DNA of 64,000 nucleotides, from contig OX337228.1 in NCBI GenBank assembly GCA_946965045.2, forward strand, positions 186,001 through 250,000. Reading direction: 5' to 3'. Shown here piece by piece: positions 27,213-39,358 of this stretch. The translations under genes and the position numbers were made by a program. The DNA comes from Epithemia pelagica (taxonomy: Eukaryota > Protista > Bacillariophyta). The notes under the pieces were generated by a model. The model was not told the DNA's origin and did no database searches. It worked only from the letters and a program-made list of their open reading frames with translations. How positions within the stretch are numbered: position 1 is the first letter of the stretch; every line of letters begins with the position of its first letter.

Positions 27213-27833
27213 CACCCCCGCTGGGGGGTAGAAAAATAACCTGTAGGCATATCTCATTCCATCCATCGCGATAACAACACGGACCTCGGTGTTGCACCTG
27301 TTGTTGTGCACCTATTTTGACACTTGGTACCTGTCGGGCGAGTCATGGGCCTCTAACCAATAGCGTAGGATACATCTGCATGGCCAAAATATGAAGGTTG
27401 AGTCTATTGTGGAGCTGGTTTACAGGCACCATGCCTCGTGGCACGGTCATACGGAAGCAAGGCCTCACCATTTCGAACGAAGCATCTCAGAGGGATGTAT
27501 GGCTCTTATCATTCATTGTTTCGACACCTAATGGTACACAATATACATAACAGTAGTATCGGAGTGTATCGACAGCAGGACCTCTATTCCCATGTGTTTT
27601 TGGGGCCATCATGGTCTCGTGTCGTGTCATAATGCTGGGCCACTATTTTCATCCTTGCCTAGAGTGACCCTCATGCACTGTGCCGCTCACAATGCACTAC
27701 CATGGTACTAATATGAATTACACGATGGTCGGATGATGATGGGGTGGCCATAGGAGGTCACCAGCAACAACAAAGTTTGATTGTCGTGTTGGAGGAAATG
27801 AAATATGCCGACCCTCTAGAAGAGAAGGGGGTG
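27213..27833. mobile_element. CACCCC...GGGGTG-bounded module (621 bp), related to the 47-bp module at 26130-26176
   Basis: Left end CACCCCCGCTGGGGGGTAG resembles the reverse complement of 26158-26176. The right end read inward (CACCCCCTTCTCT) resembles 26130 CACCCCCATCTCT. Confidence 0.55.
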
Positions 27834-28062
27834 GCTACACGAAATTAAACCGTCTTAGCCACCACCGCTGGGGGCTGGGAGAGCCCCCCACGCACACACA
27901 CACACACCCAATCGCTAGGCATATTCGGCATTTTGGGAGCAAGGAGCCAGAGGCCACACACACAACGCACACTGTGCGTGGTTGTAGTAGATAGACACCA
28001 ACCTTCAGCAAACGTTGGAGGTTGAGCCTTGCGATCCGACTGGCACAAGAACAACTGCCATT

Positions 28063-28431
28063 ATGAGCGAAGCAAGTAGGGCAAAACGCAAGCGAGAAGA
28101 AGATAACCCAGGCGACGGCGAGGTGGAGGAGATGGCAAAGAAACAGAAACTCTATCAAGAGCTTTGGAGCGAGGCACAGACACGGGGGTTGCTCACTAGT
28201 GAGATTCGTGGTGTCCTTGACGACATAAAAGATCTACATTGCAAAATATATACATTGCGCGAGAAAATAGAAACGGATCGAATAAAAGCCGCATATGCAG
28301 TAAAAGATGAGGAACTGAAAGGTTTCTCTCACACATACAACATACAACCGACACACATGTATCTTCTACCTGTATTGATGCTTTGGAATTTCAAAGCCTC
28401 CGTGAGGAGCCACTCACAAAATTACAATTGA
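28063..28431 (+). CDS. Small basic/coiled-coil hypothetical protein
   Basis: MSEASRAKRKREEDNPGDGEVEEMAKKQKLYQELW... has NLS-like clusters; the 3' end is uncertain because it runs into the paralog's upstream region. Confidence 0.35.
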   Translation: MSEASRAKRKREEDNPGDGEVEEMAKKQKLYQELWSEAQTRGLLTSEIRGVLDDIKDLHCKIYTLREKIETDRIKAAYAVKDEELKGFSHTYNIQPTHMYLLPVLMLWNFKASVRSHSQNYN

Positions 28432-28459
28432 TCTCATAACAACAAAAAGATTGAAAATC

Positions 28460-29159
28460 ATGACCAAGGTTGACACTACTGATACGGAAATGGCCCCAAT
28501 CACCACGATGGAGAAAGAGCGCACGGGTGCTGGTGGACGTCAATCCTTTTGGACTGTCAAAACAATCTTGATTGCTTCCGTGGCAAGTCTCTTGTCTCTC
28601 GGTGCAGCCAGTGCCTTTTTCTTTTTGGGTCGTGAGGTCGACACGTGCGGTACCGACAGTATTGAAATGGATCCACCCGAATCAGGCAGATGAAGGCAAG
28701 GAGCATTTGGACAACTGGATTGAGGAGATTCTCGCAAACAGCAACCACCATGATCATGACAAGGGTGACCGCATCTTGTTTACCAGCACTGGCAATCAGG
28801 GCTGTTCGACCTTTGAGAATGGCGCATAATTTTGCCTGGACAATCCGTACGTAAGCCGCCGGCGAGTGTCGGCGGGGAGGAACCGCTGTTTGCCCCGTAG
28901 TCGATTCGATTCCTATGCCCGCGATACGTTTGCTCCTGCCACGAAAGACGCTCATGAGAATTGGGGCGTTTCGGGTTGGGCCAGTCACGGATATCAGGCC
29001 ATTTGTTGGGCCAAGACGATTCGCACGAATCTGGAAAATGTGCAAGGTTCTTCGTCCTCCTGTGTCCGAGAGGCCACTGCCACAGTCACGACTGAGTTGA
29101 GCTGTTATGCCGCCCCTACGAGTGCAGCTCGTGGTTGGGACTCCTACATTCCTCCGTAA
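28460..29159 (+). pseudogene. Disrupted paralog of the 15340 membrane-protein gene
   Basis: MTKVDTTDTEMAP...DTCGTDSIEMDPPES aligns to 15340. There is a frameshifting deletion at ~28686 and an in-frame TAA at 28827-29. Flanks also match (28371-28460 vs 15249-15340; ~29225-29375 vs ~16030-16165). Confidence 0.8.
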
Positions 29160-30118
29160 GGTGGTTGTCCTTTTTGCGCGGCACAATCTATTTGTGAAAT
29201 GACTGCGCAAGTCGGCGTACGACATCCCTGCACGTATTGCAAGCGCGGAGAATGTGACTAGCTACTCCCACACAGAACGTACCATCAACCTTCTCCTGAG
29301 ATGATGTACGAATGGACAAACTCCATGAATCAAAAACTTGTGTGTGTTGTGTTGCGTGAAACTTAGGAACGATCATAGTATAATTGACCATATAAAACAA
29401 GAAACTATATATTAGTGGGGTTTTTTATAACGGCAAAGGTCGCTCTCTAGAGTACAGAAACAGAGAAAGAGAGCAGGCGAGATCCCTCGAATGTTCAACG
29501 TTTTCTACCTGTTGCACGGGCGATGTCAAGGCAGTGTCGTCCCTCTGGTGCTCGTAGTGGCATACCAAAGGGAGACGCACTGGGAATTTTCCTTCTGCTC
29601 GTTGGCATTCCCGAGGGAGGCGCACTTGGTTCGTTTCGCTTTGCGCTGTTTGTCCCAACCAGCATCTTTTCCACTCGGTTCGGTATGGGCAATACTACAG
29701 TGTTGGTTGAGCCGAGTCATAACCTTCCCCAAGAGAAATCCCCCGAGAAACGCCCCAAAAGGCACTCTCTACTACGGGGACGGAGACTGACTGTACCGCA
29801 GTGTGTATGTCACGTTTTTTTGGTTTTTTTGTCGAGAGAGAGCTTTTCCACACCAAGAACCAAGGAAGAGAGACTGTGGTTGTGCTCGATCCATTGATCG
29901 ACTGCAACAAGGAGAAAGCGAGAGAAAGAGTTGCAACGACTCGGAAATTTTTATTGGGGACTGCAGTATATTCGGAGAGAGAGTTTGGTTTCACATTCTT
30001 GTCGTCACAAAAACACCACCAGAACCACCACCAACACAACAACAACAACAACAGCGAGAGTTGAGTTTCCATTCATTCATTGATTTGATTCGAATCATCG
30101 CAACAATCACCGGCAATC

Positions 30119-31690
30119 ATGGCCTCCCATTTTCCGGCGCATACAACAAGTCGACAACCCAATCATCGACCCACCATGAATGGATTGGGTCCCACTCGCA
30201 CACCGTCCTCCAATTCCTTGCTGACCAGCCATAATTCACAACAGCAACAACCAGTAAAGTCCAAGATGGAAAAAATTGCCGAATTGGAAGCCACGCTCAA
30301 AGTGTCCAAGGAAGAAAATCGACGATTGAAAAAACAAGTGCATTCGCTGAAACGCGGAAGCAATAACACCAACAATAACAACCATGTCCCGGAGAATCAA
30401 AATACTCCGTTTCCCCACTGGCCCTCGTCGCAACCATCCACCAATGGGACCAGTCGTCGACCATCGGGATCGTCTCAAGTCACCATGGCCACAACGGCCT
30501 CGTCCATGACCTCGGCCACGACCGACACGACTACGACAATGACGACCGATGTGGCCAAAATGAAGGATGCCCTCAAAGCCTTGAAACGTGTCACCATTCA
30601 ACAAGAATTGAGTTTGCAATCGCTGCGAACCAAGGCCTCGCAACGACGCAGTGAATTGGAAGCACGAGATTTGACCATTGCCAAATTGCAAAAACAAATT
30701 GCCGTCCTCCGGAGGGCCAATGGGAGCAACAACAACCCAAACAGCAACAACAGCAACAATAGCAACAGTGCCGACGTGATTCGTCGATTGCAAGATGGAT
30801 TGATGGATGAAGAAAGCAAAAATGTCGAATTGACCGAACGCTTGCAACAAACCGAAGCCAAGGTCAAGAGTTTGGAACAACAAGTGGACTTCATGTCGGG
30901 GGGTGGAAATGCCAGTGCATCGTCCTTACCGGTACCACCCTCCCCCATGCGCATGACACCCGTCTTTAAACGAGAATCCTCCTTGTCCAGTCTCAAATCC
31001 ACCTTGCAACAACAACAACAACAACAAGCCGCACCCCTGGCGGGTGGAGGGGGAGTGACTACGAATAGTGACACGCAAAGTGTCACGTCGGGCAGTGCCA
31101 CGACCCTGTCCTCCGAATTTGATGTCTCCAAACTCAAAAAGGAATTGGCCCGCAAATCCAATCGTATTGTCCAATTGGAATACGAATTGGAAGAAACCAA
31201 GGATGAATTGCATCAAGTCAAACAACAATTGATGCGACAACGACACAAACAATCCCAACCGCCATCGTCACGGCCAGGCAAACCTACCAAGTCTGCCCAG
31301 AACGAAGCCACGGCGGCCTTTCACAATAGCAGTAGCAGCATGAATCAACAGTTTCTGCACAACAGCCATACCAGCAACAACCATCCCAACAACAACTTTT
31401 CCAGCAGCAACAGCAACCACAATCACAACTCGGCCAACAGCAACAATAGCAACAACAGCAACAATAACAATAGTCTCAACTTTTTTGAGGCGGACTTTTC
31501 CAACATGACGGCCAGTGGACATGGCAGCACGCCCTTTCTTGCCGGTGTCGATCCCTTTCACGGCAAATCGCTTTGGGCCATTCGATCCTTTGACGATGAT
31601 GACGACGATGATGACCATTATCCTTCTCTTCACGACGACGACGAGTCGTCAGACTATCCAGACGATCAGGAAGACGAAGCGGACTGGTGA
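30119..31690 (+). CDS. Coiled-coil protein with low-complexity N/Q/S tracts and an acidic tail
   Basis: 523-aa ORF with three heptad-rich segments (e.g. MEKIAELEATLKVSKEENRRLKKQV); no specific family recognised. Confidence 0.75.
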   Translation: MASHFPAHTTSRQPNHRPTMNGLGPTRTPSSNSLLTSHNSQQQQPVKSKMEKIAELEATLKVSKEENRRLKKQVHSLKRGSNNTNNNNHVPENQNTPFPHWPSSQPSTNGTSRRPSGSSQVTMATTASSMTSATTDTTTTMTTDVAKMKDALKALKRVTIQQELSLQSLRTKASQRRSELEARDLTIAKLQKQIAVLRRANGSNNNPNSNNSNNSNSADVIRRLQDGLMDEESKNVELTERLQQTEAKVKSLEQQVDFMSGGGNASASSLPVPPSPMRMTPVFKRESSLSSLKSTLQQQQQQQAAPLAGGGGVTTNSDTQSVTSGSATTLSSEFDVSKLKKELARKSNRIVQLEYELEETKDELHQVKQQLMRQRHKQSQPPSSRPGKPTKSAQNEATAAFHNSSSSMNQQFLHNSHTSNNHPNNNFSSSNSNHNHNSANSNNSNNSNNNNSLNFFEADFSNMTASGHGSTPFLAGVDPFHGKSLWAIRSFDDDDDDDDHYPSLHDDDESSDYPDDQEDEADW

Positions 31691-32305
31691 AAGAATGGGA
31701 CGCGACCATGACAACAAAAGGACACTACCCCGCACACCCATGCTCTCATTGGATTGGAGCCCTTTGGCGATTTGGTGTTACTCGGATTCGGTCCTTCTGG
31801 CGATTGCTGTTGCTTCGGCAACGGTTCCTCTCTCGATGAAACACGACAATTTTTTCTCCGGACTATTTCTGTCGGAGAGCAATCATTCCTGCCACAGAAA
31901 AACGGGTGGGATCGCTTGGTGTGTTGGGAACACACACGAGAGAAGAGTGTGAATGGAACCAAACACACAGTTAGTCAACATCAAGAATGAGTCTTGTTGT
32001 GGAAACAGCTCATTTTTTGGAATCCCGAGAAGAAGAGAGTTGGAACAAAACGAGATACGTTTCGCATGGGTGAGATAAACTTCTAGAACGCCATCATTTT
32101 AAAACAGATAAAGGAATGGTTGGCTCAACTACATACAAAACATGGATAGAAGACACCGTGATTCCAACTAAGGATCCTAAAACTAAACTGTCGTAGGTAT
32201 GCGTTTGTACGAATGGTGTGTGTGTGTTTGCTTCCTCTACTATACTACCACCACCAGGGGTGTTGTCGGTATCACGAGGACAACGACGACAAGACGTATC
32301 AGTCC

Positions 32306-34715
32306 TTACTTCTTGTCGCCATCGTCCTTCTTCTTGTCGTCGTCTTCCTTCTTTTCTTCAAAGTCGGCATCGACCGTGCTATCATCCTTCTTTTTGTCTT
32401 CTCCTCCTTCGGGAGGTGCGTCACCGTCTTGTTGTTGATTTTGTTGTTCCTGTTGTTGTTGTCCATAAATGGCTTGTCCAATCTTTTGTGCCGCTTCATC
32501 CAAGGCTTGTTTCTTGGCTTGCAATTCGTCCAAGGTGGCTTCGGTATTGTCCTTGACGGTTCGGGCTTCGGTCACGGCCGTTTCAATCGCCGTCTTGATC
32601 TCGTCATCCAACTTGTCGGCATTGTCCTTGACGGATTTTTCCGTACTGTAAATAAGATTGTCAATGTCATTGCGGGCTTCAATAATTTGACGACGTTGGG
32701 CATCGGCTTCGGCATTGGCTTCGGCATCGCGGACCATTTGTTCAATGTCATCTTCGGACAAACCGCCACTGGACTTGATGACAATGTTTTGTTCCTTACC
32801 GGTACCCTTGTCTTTGGCACTAACATTGAGAATGCCATCGGCATCAATGTCAAAGGAGACTTCAATTTGCGGGGTTCCCCGCGGTGCAGGCGGAATACCC
32901 ACCAAATCAAATTGTCCAAGCAACTTGTTGTCGGCCGCCATGTCACGTTCGCCTTGCATAACCTTGATTTGGACTTGGGGTTGATTGTCGGCCGCCGTCG
33001 AAAAGGTTTGTTGTTTCTTGGTGGGAATGGTGGTATTGCGGGGAATGAGTTTGGTCATGACACCACCCAAGGTTTCAATGCCCAAGGAAAGGGGCGTGAC
33101 ATCGAGCAACAAGATATCCTTGACATCGCCCTTGAGGACACCGCCTTGAATGGCGGCTCCCATGGCCACCACTTCATCGGGATTGACCCCACGCGAGGGT
33201 TTCTTGCCAAAAAACTTTTCCACCGTTTGTTGCACCAAGGGCATGCGGGTCATTCCACCCACCAAAATCACCTCGTGCAAATCACTCTTGCTCACATCGG
33301 CATCCTTCATGCAATTCTGTTCAAAGAGAATTCCAAAAGTACACACACACACACAAGAGTTTTTGTTGGGTTGAGATTCCGCCAGCAGTCACAAGTTTTC
33401 TTCTCCCCTGGTTCGCTCCGACGACGATTCACCGATTCACACACACATCATACAAACGCACAAACGTACCTTGCAGGGATCAATGGTTCGATCAATGAGT
33501 TTTTGCACCATTTGTTCAAATTGGGCCCGCGAGACTTTGGCATTCATGTGTTTGGGACCACTGGCATCGGCCGTAATAAAGGGCAAACTGACATCGGTTT
33601 GGGCCAAACCGTCCAATTCGCGCTTGGCCTTTTCAGCCGCTTCCCGCAACCGTTGCATGGCCAACTTGTCCCCACTCAAATCGAGACCGGATTCTTTTTT
33701 GAAATCGCCCAGCAAGTATTCCAACAATTCCTCGTCAAAATCTTCGCCGCCCAACATGGTATCGCCATTGGTGGCCTTGACTTCAAAGACGCCGCCTTGA
33801 ATTTCCAACACCGAGACATCAAAGGTGCCACCGCCCAAATCAAAGACGACAATGGTCTTGCCATCGGCCTTGTCCAATCCGTACGCGAGCGACGCCGCCG
33901 TGGGTTCATTGATAATGCGCAAAACATCCAAACCGGCAATTTTGCCCGCATCCTTGGTCGCTTGACGTTGCGAATCGTTAAAATAGGCCGGCACCGTCAC
34001 GACCGCCTTGCCGACGGTTCGTCCCAAGAAGGTTTCGGCCGTTTCCTTCATTTTGGTCAAGACCATGCTCCCAATTTGACTGGGACTGTACTTTTCGCCC
34101 CGCACTTGGACCCAGGCATCGTCGTTATTGTCCGACTTGCAAATTTCGTACGGTACCAAATTGGCAATATTCTTGACTTCGGGATCGGCAAAGCGACGGC
34201 CAATCAAACGCTTGACGGCATAGAGGGTATTTTCTGGATTGGTCACGGCCTGACGACGGGCCGCCATGCCCACCAGTCGTTCGCCGCCTTCGACAAAGCC
34301 CACCACGGACGGTGTCGTACGAGCACCTTCCGAGTTTTCAATCACGCGCGGATTGCGGCCTTCCTATGAGTATGTATTAGTAGTAGAAGGGGACAAGGAC
34401 AACAACACGATGAACAGCACACACAAAAAAGACACTTGCGTGTGAGACCACCACCCACTCGATCCAATCCAATCAAATCCAATCACAACCAACCACACTA
34501 CAATCCAACACAATACAAAGCAAGCAACGTACCATGATGGCGACACACGAGTTGGTCGTTCCCAAATCAATGCCAATCACATCTTCGGTCGGTGCCGACG
34601 ACGATTGAAATCTCAGGGCGCCCAACGGGGCCGGAGTTTGTGAAACGGACAGTCGAGAGGACGACGCCAAGAAGCGTCGTCCCAATGTTTTGGAAGCAGT
34701 AGTCAGGGGCAACAT
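32306..34715 (-). CDS. HSP70: Mitochondrial HSP70 (DnaK-type); exons 34715-34533, 34363-33470, 33316-32306 (695 aa)
   Basis: [43 protein letters not shown] and [16 protein letters not shown] signatures; Arg/Ser-rich presequence ending LRFQSS. Both introns are GTACGT..AG, phase 0. Confidence 0.97.
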
Positions 34716-35495
34716 GATGATAGAGTTCTTGTTGTTTTGAGAGACTTGAGAGTCGTAGTAGCTTGCTCAACGCCAAAAAGAATCCAGAAAATACGATTCG
34801 ACAGAGTGGCGATAGAGATCCACGAAAAAGAGTCGATTGTCAATCCGAGAAGGATGAATCAATAGAAAGGATGGTGTGGACTCGTCGAAAACCCACGAAG
34901 GAAATGGAATCCGACACTATAGACAGACAGAGATGGCGAAAGGGAGATCTCTTAGAATGGAATGGACTTTTGGTTTCGGGTGAACGTCTGGAAAAGAAAG
35001 GATGGCAATGGATCTTCTCTTTCGACTGGATTTTTTTTTGTGGTCTGGTGCTTCCAAAGGCGAGGGAGGAAGCATGACGGACGACGGACCATCTGCGGAA
35101 CCGAACCAGATGACGTGTAGTACAACCTAACGTTTCATGACCTCTTTTTTACAGTTTCCTTCATATTCAATGGTCTTTCGTACATGTCGATAGTACACGT
35201 CTGACGTCACGGAAAATACACGGGGGACCTCCCGTGTAAACGCGACTTGGAAATGACCCATTAGATTCGAACGCCAATGGGTCGCGTTAGAGAAGAGTGG
35301 ACAATGTCGCATAGCAAAATCCGAGGAGCGTTCTCCCAACAAACACACTCTTACTCCGAAACGAGAAAAAACACACACACACAGAAACAAACGAGGAGAG
35401 TCCCGTTCTCCTCTCGAACCTCTCTACGGACGCGCCAAACGTTGTGCGTGCGCGGTGATTGCTGCATTCTTCCATGGACCATAGTATAGTACGGT

Positions 35496-36435
35496 ATGGT
35501 GACAGCCACAACACCAACCAGCAGCCGCCATCGGAAGCCTACGACGTTCGCAATGCGGAGGATGGGGCGAGGAATCCTCGCCATGGTGGCAGTGTGGAAT
35601 TGGATGTATTTGATTGTCTTGCAACCCTTGAAGGAAGAAGCATTGGAAATGGTATGTCATTTCCAAAAGAACACCACCAAAGATTCGCTCGCTCCGTGCT
35701 GGGCCTCATTTCTTGGTGTTGGTTTCTCTCTCTCTCTCTCTCTTTTTTTTTCTCTCTCTCGAAACACGCTTTGACACAACCACCATTCACTTCTTGACAA
35801 CAACAACAACAACAACCACAAACTACTGCTCCAACTACTACTACTACAACACCTAGCACACTCGTCAATTGGATCCCACCGAAATTATTGACATTCCTCT
35901 TTCGACTCCACGGTTGCTCCTCTTGGTCGTTCCCATACTCCTTCCCTTGCTGGTGGAGGCTGTTGTTGTTGGCAATGGCGGCAATCACGGGATCACCACT
36001 CTGTCACGCTTGGTCCAGTTGACCCTCACTCTGTTTGCTGCCATGATTCTGTGTGGGGCCTCACCGACCCACACTCTGGGTCCAACGGCTTTGGCCGCTC
36101 TTTACCTGGCCTGTTTGCTGGGATGGGATCCTCGTGTGGGATCGGGGGACTGGCATCCTCTCCTCCTCCTGGTGGATGATCCACGACGACGACGGGAGGT
36201 GCCCCACCACCACCACCACCAGGATGACCACAACCACAAGGCCACACACACGACAAGCAGCAGCAGTCTGGTGCGGATGCAGGCCACCTTGGGCATGACC
36301 ATTGTGTTTCAAATTTTGCTCTTGTACGATCGAGGATGGCAAGTCCAACGATGGCCGCTTCCAACCTTGTTGGGATCGACCATTGGTTGGACTCTGGGAG
36401 TCGTCCTCGATATGATCTTGTCATTCCTCGAGTAG
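35496..36435 (+). CDS. PIGF: PIG-F/GPI11-like copy 3 (intact); exons 35496-35651, 35857-36435
   Basis: Exon 1 ...LQPLKEEALEM|GTATGT; acceptor CTAG|CAC ACT CGT CAA TTG GAT; same PIG-F motifs as the other copies. Confidence 0.8.
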
Positions 36436-37009
36436 TAGTAGTAGTAACACTACCCAAACAGGACAATCCACAGTCCCCAAGTTGACCGTGGTTCCAACAA
36501 CCTCAACAACCAGAATGACACGACAAACCCATGGATTCGAATCCTCCAGACAGTCGCACTCGAGACGCTCGCATCATTAGGTATATATGCATGGTCCTCC
36601 GTCTTTTGACACGGTTCCGAATCGTCCACGTCCGGTACTTTCACAACAACAACAACAACAACAAGACACCAAACTCTTCTCAGCACCAAACAACGTGACC
36701 GGAATACGGATGGAACCGGGTTTTGCTAGATTCCGTAGAAAGATGCAATGTTCGTCCCAGGTTCCAGAATCTATAAACTATTGTAAACAAGAGAGAGAGT
36801 GTGACCTTCTTTGGTGGTAGTTGCAGGACAACATTGTTGGGTGAGCTACTACCGACTTGCGCGCGTCCTATTATGAGCCTGGCCTTGTGTGGTTTGGTGG
36901 GAACGAGAATTCCCAGTTCGTCTCTCCCTTTTGTGGTAGGCCATTATATTTCATCGCCAAACTACTAAACCACAATGCGACAACCATTCGCGGCAGTCGT
37001 CGGGGCGTC

Positions 37010-37570
37010 CGCACCGGTTCACTCCGTCGTGACAACGGCACAGTGGCCTCAGGAGGATGATAGAAGCTTGGTAGTTGTTCAGTCTTTTGTGTGTGGAACC
37101 ACACCATTGGTCACACACATCCGCCCCGGATCCAACTGGAGAAACGCCATGGTCTTTTTATTTTTTCGGTGTCATGATTTTTTCGTGACAGGAGGAGGAG
37201 CCACTGGAATGCGCCCCTATATGAGAATCGAATCCACTAGGTATTACGGGGCCAACAGCCGTTTTTGTCACATGCCATTGCCCATGGCGTTTGTACCGAT
37301 GGTCCCTGCAACAGGATCCATTCTTTTCTTGACCATGGGTTCTTTGTTCTTTAGGAATCACCCATACTCTAGTGAACCATGGATATACACTGGTGCGAAA
37401 CAAACTGTCACCCTGGTCATGATCCTGCTGGTTCCTGTTTGCGACAACAGCTCCTCCACCCACCTCTAATTGTGCAACTGTTCCTTGCCATTATCCTCTG
37501 ATTTGGGTTTGTGAGAATTGGAATTTGGTGAGTGGCTCCTGTCCAAGGCTTGTGTAAATTCCAACGCATT
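37010..37570 (-). pseudogene. Heavily degraded third paralog of the 15340 membrane-protein gene
   Basis: The reverse strand retains DNGKEQLHN* (vs DEGKEHLDNW), NQQDHDQGDSLFRT (vs NHDHRKGDRMLFRD), tcctgtcacgaaa and gaggccactg..gtcacgac matches. The TM-encoding part is missing. Confidence 0.6.
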
Positions 37571-38243
37571 CACATACAGGTAGAGTGTATTGGTTCTTTG
37601 TGAGTGTCGGGGGAGGAGAACGAGTTCTGGGCCCACTGGCAAATGGTCCCCGCGAACCAATGAAGTGCTGCTCCTGCTTCCTCGCAAAAAGGGAACACGA
37701 CGTTTGTTTCATGGGCCAATTCTCTTTTGGTCGTCTCGGAGCGTTTTGTACCAGAACGAATATTCCTCTCCGTAGTTCCCATTCATGCTTCGCTTGTGGT
37801 CGAGAGGCGATCCGCATCATCTTCCCGAGAACGGCCATAAAACAGCAGCACGGATCTGCCAATCTCTGGCCTGTCGTCGTTTCCAATTCTTCTTGGTATT
37901 GTCCAACAGAACAGGACAAGGTCGTACCGAGTCAGGCCGTTGCATTGCTTGGAACCAACGACAGTATATAGTTTGGGAAACGAACCCCATCATTCGATTC
38001 TTTTTTCAAACGCACGTTGGGCCGTTGTACTTTCCAGGCTACTGAGCCTATTGAAATTCGCAGAGAACACAACCCCGCTTTCGTATCAAAAAAATATTTT
38101 AAATATTGAAAAAGAGACGAAATATTATATAAAACCGATGAGGTGTAGAGAAGTTTCTGACATTCCCTATGTTCGGCCTTCCACGCAAAAGAATGGTGGA
38201 CGATCCAAATGCGAATTCTTAGCTTTTTTCTAGAGGCGTTCCG

Positions 38244-38851
38244 CAGCAACTTCCGGTAATGGACTCAAAACGTACGAAATCTTTCTACTTCTCAGAGTAT
38301 CGTCGCGATAAAACACCCGTTTTCATATTGCGTTATCACACACCAAAAGCTCTGATATGATCATATTGGATACAGATTCTTTCGATATGAGGCAAGCATC
38401 CCGAGTCACGGATGTCGGGGGACATTGTAGATGTCGTTTATGTCTTTTGATGTCGTTTGATGTCGTTTGATGTTTTTATCGCCAAAAGAATCTCTACTCT
38501 CCAGCAGTTCGTATTATTCAACAGAAAAAACACGACTGACTGACGTTAGGCCCATGGCGAAAGACATTTCAAAAGGCCCATATGAGCACCGCTTGATTTT
38601 GACTCAAACCATGTTTCCGCGCGAACCCGAAACGACATCAAACGACATCAAGCGACATCCCTCACGACATCAAACGACATCCCTCACAACATTCCCGTTT
38701 GTTCCATACTAGAGATTGGAAAACCATCCTCTATGGTTTCATAATACGTATTTTGTATTAATATCGATCCGTTGTCGAAGAAGTTCTTGGTCTTATCCAC
38801 TGGGTATTGCTAGCGGATACGGGACTCAAGGGTACTTACCGGAAGTTGCAG
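38244..38851. mobile_element. Putative foldback/non-autonomous DNA element with GATGTCGTTT inverted arrays
   Basis: Perfect 14-bp inverted repeat GCAACTTCCGGTAA (38246-59 / 38836-49). Tandem GATGTCGTTT units at ~38430-38465 face AAACGACATC units at ~38630-38690. Confidence 0.55.
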
Positions 38852-39358
38852 TTGCTTCGGTCCGAGTTTTGGGGCACCACACAGCGTCTCTCGCGAAAGA
38901 CCATACAATAGCAGCGAGAGAGAGAGAGCGCCCATGCAAAAAGACTCCCCGATTGCCACATACACCCTCCTGCCCCACATACTACTAATACAACAGGAAT
39001 AACACTCAAGTAGCCAAAGTGACGGTGCTTCGCAAAGAAGCAGAGACACCCAACAACAACGCTCTCGAAAGCAGCACCAGGGGCAGCATCTCCAACAGTG
39101 TGTTTGTTGCAACAACAACAACACTTTTGGCGTTTTGGATTGTGAAGGGACCGCGGCGTGTTGTCGGATCCAAACCAATCTACTATACACTTGTTGTTGA
39201 TTGATACATATTGGAAGGTCACCCTCCACTCCAACTCGTTCTTTTGTGCAAACAAAGCTTGGATACTCGTCCTCTTCTTCTTCTTGTATCAGGCCTTGGA
39301 TTCCAATTCCATCCAATCTATTTGTTGAAGCCTTATATAATATTAATTTCTGGCAATC

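Noticed and set aside
26333-27239. Several 70-180 aa ORFs inside the 943-bp module
   Set aside because: Overlapping on both strands with no coherent motif or splice pattern.
32213-34369. 718-aa + strand ORF
   Set aside because: It is the antisense shadow of HSP70; long antisense frames opposite hsp70/dnaK are a well-known codon-bias artefact. It also reads through an HSP70 intron.
34716-35495. Heat-shock elements in the HSP70/PIG-F divergent promoter
   Set aside because: No convincing three-unit nGAAn inverted array found by eye.
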